Shown in pieces: positions 1 to 10,565 of a DNA stretch of 16,983 nt (the first letter of the stretch is position 1; each line of letters begins with the position of its first letter). The stretch covers positions 159,012,306 to 159,029,288 of the forward strand of contig JANKJI020000004.1 of the NCBI GenBank assembly GCA_024626585.2. The letters run 5' to 3'. The translations under genes and the position numbers were made by a program. Source of the stretch: Ginkgo biloba. Taxonomy: Eukaryota > Plantae > Ginkgophyta. The notes under the pieces are model-generated. The model searched no databases and was not told where the DNA came from. It worked only from the letters and a program-made list of their open reading frames with translations.

Positions 1-1
1 A

Positions 2-169
2 CATGACCCCGAGTTAATTAAATAATTTGTGAAGAGATTCAAGGATGGACAGACTTGGGTAAATCAGAAGAAGATATCAGTTACTAAGGAACTCATAGCT
101 AAGGCATTGAAGGTACCCTTAGACGGCCAATAGGTGCTATAGGAGAAAGGGCGCCATCCAAATTTAGAA
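2..169 (+). mobile_element. Degenerate fragment resembling an LTR-retrotransposon accessory ORF (Athila/PTTA-like)
   Basis: Manual translation gives HDPELIK*FVKRFKDGQTWVNQKKISVTKELIAKALKVPLDG with stops. This resembles the 'PELVxEF...V.G..I..T...IA..L.LP..G' pattern of plant retroelement accessory proteins. Pattern recall only. Confidence 0.35.
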
Positions 170-171
170 AT

Positions 172-1075
172 TCTAATAAGGCTTTTGACTGATCTAGAGT
201 CAAACCCAACATTGTTGGAACCTACATAATACAAAGAACTTAATAGTACTAATGGTATGAATCTAACAATGCCTCTTGCTAAATACTACTTCATATTTTG
301 ATTTCCAAATGGGAGAATTTCTCCTCTAACAATAGTCCACAATTCTTGCTTACACTCTTCTTGAGCACTTATACCTCTTATTATTTCCCTCATTCCTATG
401 TTCATCTACATTAATTTTTTTAAAGCACAAATAAACAATGACCAACATTATTTTAGCAAATGCATAATCCTAAAGATGAGATAGTGACTCATATTGAGCA
501 CAAAAGTCATATTTACAGTCCATATATTTATACTTAGTTATACATCCCTTCATATTAACTTCACCTATTATGCATTACCAAATAAAGAGCTTTTTTTATT
601 CCAAATGAGATGACCATAAGTAATCAAAGGTTGTTACCCATTATTTAGATGACAATTTAAATTTTTACTTATTTTCTACTTCTTTAATAATTTTGGAGTT
701 CTATTTTAACAACAAATAAATTTTATAAATGAGAATTTGCTTTAGACTTTTACCATTGATCCATTGTGAGTCCAACCACCAACAATCCAGTTTGGCCTTC
801 ATCATAAAATCCTTCACATGACTTAATTTGTGGATTAATCTTTCATATATGATCCTTTGATTATTCCTTACATTGAATTTTTCTTGTAATTTGTCCTAAT
901 GTTTCTAGTTTTTTTTATCATCATTCTATAAATATAATAGAATCCTTATTCCTCTCTTATGATACCTCAAGGATAGAAACCACTTATCATAATAAATATA
1001 GTCTCCATGTCCGAACTCATTCCACCATAAAATTTTAAAACATAATGAAGAACCTAATCTCCGAATTTTGAAGGA
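172..1075 (-). mobile_element. Degenerate L1-type LINE ORF2 C-terminal fragment (zf-RVT region), copy 1
   Basis: Minus-strand translation: LWWNE...RGIRILLYL*, QLQEKFNV-like segment, WSSHLE*KKLFIW*CIIG...DCKYDFCAQYESLSHL*DYAFAK (decayed zf-RVT W..KxFxW..CxxC..ESxxHL..CxFAK), then LWTIVRGEIL/IWKSKYEVVF (L1 'WxIWKxRN...F' motif). Multiple stops and frameshifts. Confidence 0.75.
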
Positions 1076-1398
1076 ACTACAGTAAAGAAACTTTGGAGGA
1101 GTTTTGGAAGTTAAGGAGAATTTCCAGTGCTCAAGGTTCCTTGGATTTGGGATTTGATTGAGTTAGAGTCATGTTTGACTATATAGGAGGGGTTTATGCC
1201 TCATATTCAAGTATAGAGAATATAATTGAATAAGCTCAAAGTACTGAGCATATTGGGGTCTGATGAACTATTGAGGAGTATGAGATAAGGTAGATGAGAT
1301 TAGGAGAGAGCACTATGACTTAAGGGAGAAAAGAACATGAAGACACTTAGAGAGAGAGATATTGATTAGGAGAATGAATTTAAGAATATGAAAATGGG
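1076..1398 (+). pseudogene. Decayed duplicate of the 3' end (last LRRs and C-terminal tail) of the NLR gene
   Basis: Aligns by eye to 12989-13353 at about 80% identity with a ~42 bp deletion (for example agctcaaagtactgagcatattggggtctgatgaact and aagaatatgaaaatggg). Many in-frame stops. Runs into an N gap at 1399. Confidence 0.95.
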
Positions 1399-4216
1399 NN
1401 NNNNNNNNNNNNNNNNNNNNNNNNNNNNNNNNNNNNNNNNNNNNNNNNNNNNNNNNNNNNNNNNNNNNNNNNNNNNNNNNNNNNNNNNNNNNNNNNNNCT
1501 GAATACAACCCAAAAATCAAAAGCGGAAAGTGCCCATACCTAAATGAAGGTAGCTAAAAATAATTTAAATTAGGCAAGGGTGAAAGCAATGCAAACAAGC
1601 AGCCTAATGCAGTTGAACAACAATGTAAAGAACTTGTATGATGCGAGTTGCCCACTGTATCCCATATCCATACCAAACTGCAACATGGATCAATCTTCTT
1701 TCAGCTGATGAAACGAAATGAAATTATTTAGCATCCACTGAGACCAAAAGGAGTCAATTGAACCTGGAAAGGCCATAAGTTTAGTTGTACTTTTTATGAT
1801 CTGAAATTTATGTCATAAGACTTCTTAGTTTACTAGTACCCCTAGTATTTAAGTTTTTAACAAATTTTATATGCTATCTACTTTGGCTATGATGTTGCAT
1901 AATTAATCTCAAAAAAGCAAGCTGGGCATGAATAGAAAATCATGTTGTTCAAATAAAATTGTATAGGGTAATATACCTAGTAAGTTTTTCACTCTGTCTG
2001 TATCATGGTGTTCTCCCCCATTTTACCACCCTTGTATTTTCACAAGTTTACATATTATTATGTGTATTTAGAGCTTTAAATTACATTATGCATATGTTAC
2101 AATTCATTTGATAACATATTTTATGCCATATTTGTACCTCATTGTGGGGTATTACTCCATTCTATCACTCATATTGTATTAGCACACATAATTCATACAT
2201 TAATCTCATGCATTTACTTTTTGTTCCCTCACATGGATCTATTATTCTTATGATTATTGTGTTAGGTAGCCATTCATATCATGTTTTATTTTTCCACATG
2301 GGCCATTTGCACACTATATACCATTGATTTAAGTACATCCATGGGATTTCATTGGCTCATTGTTCTTTAGAACATTTCTATATATATTCATGAGTTTCTC
2401 TTGTGATAGTATTAGATAATAAATAAGCATAAACATCATTATAGAGATCAAAATGNNNNNNNNNNNNNNNNNNNNNNNNNNNNNNNNNNNNNNNNNNNNN
2501 NNNNNNNNNNNNGGTACATCATGAGTTTTCACAATTGTCGAGGTCATAAGGCTCAATTTATTATATAAACACCCTTTATTTACAAGGTAAAATGGAGGTA
2601 TCTCTATTATATTGTCGTCATTATTATTTTTTCTTCTTAAGATAGAGGCTTTATGCATGTTACTCACATATTATCCTTTAGAGTGTATTTTGCATTGTTT
2701 CTCTTTACATTCATTATTGTAAGTACAACTATCATTCGAGGGAGGTCATCTCATATTATCAAAGGAGTAATATCATCGAAGGAAGGACATCATGCTTGGG
2801 TAAGTATCTCATTTCCCACACTCATTCATATTTTCCATGTTATATATAATTATTACTTCATCTTATGATTGTTGTTATTACAGGTGGCAATTAAATATAT
2901 AATTAGCTACCATATTAGGATTTTTCTATCAAGTAATCTTGGCATCATCCTCTATGTCCTATTTGTGTACAATCACTTTCTTTATTTCTATTACAGGTTG
3001 CATCACTTTATTTTTTGTGAAATATTTTCTTCTTGATTTAGCTCCATGTCATGGATTTTTTCTATGATGCAGTACCTTTTTCCTGCCTATCATACCTTTT
3101 TTGTATTACAACATGAGGCCTTTGTTAAAAAATAATGCAATAAATTTTCTATATTATGACACCACACCTTTTCTTAAGCAAACTTTTTGTGATTTTCCCT
3201 ACACCATCAACTTTGTGAATGCTCTATTTTCAAGTCAGATTGGATTTTTTAGTCTTTTATTATAGTTTTTGGAGTAATTTACTTAGTTTGCAAATTTTCT
3301 GTTATATGAAAAATTTATGCTTTTAGATTTCCTATCACATACATAATTTAAAATATTTTCCTTTCATTTTAAAATTCTTTTGTTCATTTTAGAAATTTAA
3401 TTTTTTGTTTACCAATTTCATTCTTTGCAAGCATTTCCTACTTTGGGTAAGAAATTTTTATTTGTAAATTTTAAANNNNNNNNNNTTTCTTATTGAAATT
3501 ATTGACTTTTAGCTAGGATTCACACATTAAATTAACCCACCCTAAAACCTAAAGTGAGACTAATAAAAATTATTAAAAGGAACCTAGATCAAGGTCACGT
3601 TTTCTTTAGGATTATACTAATATTTGCAATGGTGGAATTTGTTCATTAAATTGTCCCACTACCTAATTCTTGTTCAATAATAGAATTATAGTCTAATTTT
3701 TCATTGGTTGGGATCCTTTTAAATCCCTTATTCCTAGGGGATGGAAATATAAGTTATATGAACTTTTACTAGGAAAGCCCATGAGAGTCAAAGAACAAAT
3801 CTCTTTGTAAGACAAATGATGTATGTTACCCTTCCCCTGAACTAGTTTTTACAGCTTAGTACATCAATATTCATTTTTTATTTCCCCCCCTTAAGTGTTG
3901 TGTTCTTCATTCAAGGCCTTTACATTCAAGGCCTTCTTACCTTGGGAGTTTGAGAGGATTTAATCACCTACTCTCATGTGGGTCCTAAATACCTTAGTCT
4001 TAGCCGCACAACATGCTACTCTCAAGGAAGTCATTCTCACTTGCATTGAATTTATATTATAATTCTAAAAAAGGAACATTAAAATATAATTTAATGTAAT
4101 TACAAACATAATAATCCCCTTTCTCTATTATTGACCATTTTGATTAGTTTTTTATTTGCTTATTTTATCTTGTGTTTAGCCTAACTATAAGATTAGACAT
4201 TATACCTTTTTCTCAT

Positions 4217-4983
4217 ATGATCAGGCAAGATTCCACACTTCGCCAAACTTTTATCCAGTCCTATTCACAAGGAATGACCCAAAAATCCTATAGTATATCC
4301 CATCAAAAATTTTAAATGTCTTAGAGGACTTTCTCCTTTAGGGAATTTAGACCAAATTTTCCCATCTTTAGCTATGTCTTCCAATGATCTTGATCTTGAT
4401 GGGATAGAACTTACCATTGAACTTGATGAAGAGGATCCAACTCTTGGATCTAAAATCCTTTTGTAATACTATTTTTCCCTCAGGTTCCTTTGACCACATC
4501 CATGACCCAAGTTTTCATATTTCCATTTTTACTTAATAGTGTCTAAGTTGAAACACCCTCCAATGGGAGATTTCACAATCCATTATATGGATATTCTTCA
4601 TCATCTATAGAGGTTGAAGTATCTAATACACCCCTAATAGTTGTTTATAGGACTCCATTATAGGGTAATAGATTATCCTCTATGGTCATACAAAATGATT
4701 CAACCCCTTCAAATCCTAATTTACTAATGCTTGGCCAAACCACCCCTTCCAACATTCCAAATCAATAATCCCCTAAGACCCCCATTATACAAATCACCCA
4801 TAACAACACCAACTTCACATGCCATCTCTTTTGTTTTCACTACTCAAAGTTCCTTCTCAAGGAACATCTACCCCATCCACTATAAATGCTACCAATAATC
4901 CACCTCAAGGTTCCAATGTTCCTCCACATAAAAACCCTCTAGGTAAGGGGGGGTAGACATAGGTTATTGATTTTCCTATCCAT
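4217..4983 (+). mobile_element. Possible degenerate gag-like, Pro/Asn/Thr-rich ORF of an LTR retrotransposon
   Basis: I*SGK (RSGK-like) start and low-complexity PSQGTSTPSTINATNNPPQGSNVPPHKNPLGKGG. Preceded by a possible LTR end (tacaaaca, 4101-4108). No diagnostic gag core is visible. Confidence 0.3.
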
Positions 4984-5110
4984 NNNNNNNNNNNNNNNNN
5001 NNNNNNNNNNNNNATTTCTATAAAAAACACATCCTCTCTAAAATTGACCTTTGGCTCTTAGTTTAGAGCAAAATTCTCTAATAAAACATTGCCAAATGGA
5101 CTACCATAAT

Positions 5111-5560
5111 CTAATAATTCCTTTGATTGATCTAGAGTCAAACCTAATGTCATTAGAACCTATATAAAATAAGGAACTCAATAGTACCAAAGGTACTAGT
5201 ATGATAATGCCTCTTGCTAAATNNNNNNNNNNNNNNNNNNNNNNNNNNNNNNNNNNNNNNNNNNNNNNNNNNNNNNNNNNNNNNNNNNNNNNNNNNNNNN
5301 NNNNNNNNNNNNNNNNTACCTCCTATTATTTCTCTCATTCCTATGTTCATTTAATTTATTTTTTTTCAAAGTGGGAATAAATAATGGCCAAAATTTTCTT
5401 GGCAAATGCATAATGCCAAAGATGAAACAATGACTTATATTAATCAAAAAAGTAATATTTATAATCCTTATATTTATATTTAGTTATACATTCCTTCATA
5501 TTAACTTTACCTAGCATGCATTGCCAAATAATTTTCTTTTGTTCCAAATGAGATGACCAT
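5111..5560 (-). mobile_element. Degenerate LINE ORF2 zf-RVT fragment, copy 2 (homologous to 172-617)
   Basis: Collinear DNA similarity with 172-617 (tgatctagagtcaaacc, aatgcctcttgctaaat, ctcattcctatgttcat, ttccaaatgagatgaccat). Translation WSSHLEQKKIIWQCMLGKVNMK...KSLFHLWHYAFAKK. May extend left to ~5014. Confidence 0.75.
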
Positions 5561-6110
5561 TGTTTATTCAATAAATTATACTTATATAGACTTAACTAAT
5601 TAATGATTTATCTTGTCTTTAATCAACTCTCTTCCTAGTGTAGATTGTAGTGATGGCCTTCAATGCCAAGTTCCTCAATTATTTATAAATGGCCAGCCCA
5701 TCTATCTTACTCCAAGACTGATCCATTGGTCCTTCCTATGCTTCAACTATAATCTCAAGCTAATTACATTCTTTCTTTCCTACAAGGCATCAGAGCATAA
5801 GCATGCTAAATAAAGTATCACACACACTGATAAATCACATAGACATAATTTAGGATATGGGACAATAATTCATTCATTCAAATATTCAGATCTCCCCTTT
5901 TTGTGGTTTTAATCCATACATCTTTATAGGTGGATGCCTTTACATAAACTCAATGAGACATCCATTCTCATCGTCAATCCTCTCTAATCAATATTACATC
6001 CAATCATCAATTACTAACTACTCTACTTTAATGTGTTTCTGTACATGTCATCATATCTAAGTACAATCCATATATGTGACATGCTTATTTATTACAAAAT
6101 GTCCCTTACA
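5561..6110 (-). mobile_element. Probable 550-bp LTR, likely the 3' LTR of the minus-strand Gypsy element
   Basis: Bounded by TGT (5561) and ACA (6110). The left edge is exactly where LINE copy 2 homology stops. The minus strand reads TGTAAGGGAC...AATAAACA with an internal CTATAAA. The expected polypurine tract position is hidden by the 10-N gap at 6112-6121; the one visible base is G on the minus strand. Confidence 0.5.
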
Positions 6111-6121
6111 CNNNNNNNNNN

Positions 6122-8985
6122 TTATCTAACCCTTTAACTAGTATTACTTCCATGTAATATGGGTTGTGACACTTGTCAAGTTGTGGATGGAGGGTTTAGT
6201 TCTTTGGCTAGTGGTACTTAGTGGTGAATGTAGTGAATTATGTCATGTAGGTGCATTAGGTTATCGATTTTCATGTATATTGATTGAGCAACATCAATAA
6301 CTTATCTTTGATTTTTAATAGGCTTCACNNNNNNNNNNNNNNNNNNNNNNNNNNNNNNNNNNNNNNNNNNNNNNNNNNNNNNNNNNNNNNNNNNNNNNNN
6401 NNNNNNNNNNNNNNNNNNNNNNNNNNNNATCTTGGATTCATTTGATGTGATGGTGATAGATCATAGATTTTGTAAATCAACTTGGAGGCTTAGGATGTTA
6501 TTAGGATCATTTATGTTGATTGATTTGTTAGGTACATAGAGTGGTATAAATACATCTTCAAGTTTTGTGCAGGCAAGTTCATTCCAAGAAAATTCCATCT
6601 GAATCGGGACTGTTGCAAGTCATGATTATGTATCATTGATTGCAATGCGTGCACTGATGTATACTCGAGAAGCATGTAATTATACTTTGTCCCTCTACAA
6701 CAATGCATGATCACACATCGTGTAAATTATAACAAGACCAAGAGTCATACAAGTTGATCCAACTGAGCATAGACTCTACTTTCTAAGACAAAGAGACTAG
6801 GATTGACAGAAAGATCTGATTACTCCCTTGATTTAATAAAATCTCTTCTATAATATGCATGGGGGTCATTCCCTCATAAACTCCTACCAAGAGGGTACAT
6901 TAGGACCCTCATTAGGGATGATCATTGTGTTATCCTTTTGGGTGTGGTACCTATCTTAGAATATGAGTGTGTTATGATATTCCCTCCTATATGATGTTAT
7001 AAAATGATCAATTTCACTAGTCTTCATGTGAAATTTCTAGGTCTAGTTATTTTGGTCATCAATCCAACTTTGAATATGTGCTTCTTCTATAATGGAATTT
7101 GATGTCTACAGTAGTATTTGGACCCGATCTAATTTATCCTACTCGACATCCAATAAGCGATTAATTTTGGTCATTTAATTCAGATGGGATATGTTCAACC
7201 ATGTCGTAAGGTGATGTTTCTCTTCCATCATCTCTTAGGATGGTTGTTCCAATCTTTCATAGTTATTTTCTACCTCAAGGTGATCTACCCAAAGGTGATT
7301 ATGTATATCCAAAATGACATCCTCATATCATGCAAGTGGTGTTTTAGCCTCCATTGACTCCTATGTGTTAGATGTGTGAAGAATCTATTGATGGTATCAC
7401 TTGAGATTTTATTTTAGTTCCTGATTCTAGAGTTTATAGTCATCCAATTGTTGGTGGATGACTTGTGTGATACATGTATGAAAATTCATAATGGCTTATA
7501 TTATCAATTTAGTTTTATCCATACTTAGCGATTGCATGACTAATCCTTTTGGTAAGGGCTCTTTATCTCTTTATTGGTTGTGCTTATTGGACACTACCAT
7601 TTTGATCTTCTGACCCCCTTCCAAACTAAAGTTAACAACAAATTTTATTTTTATAAGCCATAATTAGAGCAAGGGATCAATTTCCTCCTATCTTATTAAT
7701 GCCACAAGAATGGTCTATAATGGTTGGACAAATAGAAACAATGTGTGTTCTACCTAATAGTGACCCTATGCATAAGTGTACACTGTACAAGTCTTCTTAA
7801 GTCATACTTGATGGTCATATGGCATCATAAGGAGGTGAGTCCTCTAAATAAGAAGTTTAAAGTTGTTAATCCTATAGGGGTGTGCTCCATTGATTCTGGA
7901 CCCATGGTTTATTCTTCTTCAAAATGAATTCTTATTCTGCCTATTTCTCTTTCTCCCATTCCTTAATATTGATTTGATCAAATTTGTATAGCGTGCTAGA
8001 CTATGTAGAAGGTTTTCTTATTTTTTATTCACTAATGGATATCATTTCAAATACCCATCACTTCTTTGAGTATTTAATCCTATCCTTTGGAGGTTTCATG
8101 GATGTCTATCCTGACCTCTTATGTTTGGAGGATGAGGCTATAAAGTTTGGGACCCACTATAACACTCCTTTAGTACTAGTGGTGTCATGTTGTTCTACTT
8201 TAGAGGGATACTTTGAGTCTTCCTCATTATATTTTTCCAAATTAGATAATTTAATATTATTTAATTCATGAGTAGACTCTTTCGGTAGGTTGAATCTATT
8301 ATGCACATCCACATAGACAATGTAAGGCAGAGCATGTGGTATCATGATGAAACCTTCTCTANNNNNNNNNNNNNNNNNNNNNNNNNNNNNNNNNNNNNNN
8401 NNNNNNNNNNNNNNNNNNNNNNNNNNNNNNNNNNNNNNNNNNNNNNNNNNNNNNNNNNNNNGGGTCAAACGTAGATAGATGAGATAGAGTCCTTTATGTA
8501 GCCTATCATAGCTCTTAAAAATATTTATGTAATTTCTTAACATCACACATTATTGTGCATTGCAACAAACTTCCATTTTGCTTAAAGTTGAAAGGCATTG
8601 CATCTTATGCACTTTGTTCGCATAAGGAAAATGTGTGTAATGGTTGTCACAAGGTTGTTTGTCAAAACAAATTTCCATTTTTCTCGAAGTGGAANNNNNN
8701 NNNNNNNNNNNNNNNNNNNNNNNNTTTTCTCATGCAGGGTGAATTTGTGTGATGGTTATTGCAAGGTTGTTCAACTTATTAAAGTATGGACTATTACTTC
8801 AATAGAAGGATGAAGTTCCAACTGTGAACACTTAGTCAAATTTCAAAACTTTTTGTGGTCTTGTTGTTGTAGGAAAACTGCATGGTCAATGTACAAAACT
8901 TATGGAATGGGCCTTTCTTAGTGAAAGGTAAATTTCCTATGATTATATACAATATGGTACAAAATATGTGACCTCAAGAAAGTTC
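6122..8985 (-). mobile_element. Putative long 3' internal region of the Gypsy element, with remnants of extra ORF(s)
   Basis: Lies between the integrase end and the candidate LTR. Contains stop-riddled minus-strand frames such as 8157-8546. No recognisable domain. Confidence 0.35.
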
Positions 8986-10235
8986 AAGTTATGAATAATT
9001 TGAGTCAAGAACCATTAACCCAATCTGGAATAGCCTTCCCAAACATCTTTGCTAAATTGGTGGAGCCATTTTCATTCAATTGATCCAAGACTTAGGGGCC
9101 AAGCCATCATGTCTTGAGATTACCATTCATGTTCTTAAACTTACTATAAAAAGGGATAACTAAGTCTTCTTCCTAGAAATNNNNNNNNNNNNNNNNNNNN
9201 NNNNNNNNNNNNNTCTTCTTTCATTTGCTTATGCATCATTTCTTTATGCCAAAGTGCAATACCACAAGTTTCTTCCAACTTGTTCAACTGTACCAATCTT
9301 CTCTTTAAAGAATATTCATCATCCCATTGTTTCTCAATAGCAATGCGAAGGCTAGGAACTTGAAATTCAATTGGCATAATGATTTCTTGGACGAAGGCCA
9401 ACTGGAATGGAGTTTGGCATGTGGATGTATTAAAGATGGTGTGACATTCCCACAATATTGTATTTAATTTGTGCATTCAATTAAACCTTCCTTCTGTATA
9501 CATTTTGGTTAATAGATTGTATATTATTTTATTTGAGGATTCGATTAATCCATTACATTGTGAAAAGTAGGGAGTGATCTTTCAATGTTATATCATGAAA
9601 TTAAAATTCAATGTTTCAATGACATTATTGATGAAATGTGTACCTATATTACTTATAAGCTCAATTGGTCTACCAAAATATTCCGTCACACATTCATAAA
9701 AGAATCAGATTGTTGTATTGACAATATTATCCCAGGTGGCTCTAACTTCAACCCATTTGGTGACATAGTCTGTTATGATAATGTTGTATCGCACGTGTGT
9801 TCTCCATACATGTGGATTTATTGGGCCAACGAAGTCAATGCCCCATTTTTCAAAAGGGAACTATGCTTTGACTGAATTTAAGGGCCTAAAGTCCTAAATG
9901 GTCAATTTTCCAAGTCATTGACATACGTTGCACCATTTGCACCAAGTGTGAGCATACTAAAATAAGGTTGGCCACCATAAGCCATTCATTAAGACTTTCA
10001 TAGTTTTTTTGTTTCCATAGTTATGACCACTTTCAACTCCATCGTGTGCTTCACATAGAACATATAGTATATCCTCTAGTATAACACATCTATGAAGCAC
10101 CTCATATTTTTTGATTTTGTAAAAATGTCCACCAATCAAAGTGTATGTGAGTTCCTTTCTCACTAAATTCTTCTTTTGAGAAGTATTATATTAAAGAGGT
10201 TCCTCACCAGTGGATAGGTATTCTGCTATCTCATG
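8986..10235 (-). mobile_element. Ty3/Gypsy (Tat/Athila-like) integrase pseudogene
   Basis: HEIAEYLSTG; zinc-binding AHDG..SGH...KVLMNGLWWPTLF; core PFEKWGIDFVGPINP, TDYVTKWVE, TPYFSQCNGLIESSNK; TPFQLAFVQEIIMPIEFQVPSLRIA; WLGP; terminal VNGS*LKLF. Frameshifts and stops present. Confidence 0.92.
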
Positions 10236-10409
10236 NNNNNNNNNNNNNNNNNNNNNNNNNNNNNNNNNNNNNNNNNNNNNNNNNNNNNNNNNNNNNNNNN
10301 NNNNNNNNNNNNNNNNNNNNNNNNNNNNNNNNNNNAGGCTTTTGGCTCTGTCAAAACTAATTTGTGACAAACTGTGATCATCTAATATCGTATTGGATGT
10401 TGCGGCGAT

Positions 10410-10497
10410 AGTCAATTGCAGGTGGGAGGAATTTTCCATTGTGTCCAGCCAAATGATACGCGCACACGCGTGTAGATAGGCAACTCACATTATAAAA
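10410..10497 (+). promoter_or_regulatory. Candidate NLR core promoter: W-box, two CGCG boxes and TATA box
   Basis: AGTCAA (reverse-complement TTGACT W-box) at 10410-10415; ACGCGC at 10458-10463; ACGCGT at 10466-10471; TATAAAA at 10491-10497, 75 bp before the ATG. Motif match only. Confidence 0.55.
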
Positions 10498-10565
10498 GGC
10501 AAGATGATAAGAGTAAGAATGTAGTAGAATCCGATTCAATAGGAAGCCTTTAGTAGTTCTCAGAA

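Noticed and set aside
1499-3475. Short ORFs (2142-2327, 2329-2667, 2653-2868) in AT-rich sequence
   Set aside because: No recognisable motif. Probably decayed TE DNA, but not assignable by eye.
3908-3935. Tandem duplication of cattcaaggcctt
   Set aside because: Ordinary slippage duplication with no evident significance.
10191-10439. 82-aa minus-strand ORF, and other ORFs that cross N runs
   Set aside because: Artefacts of translating through gaps. Only the 10191-10235 part is integrase-related.
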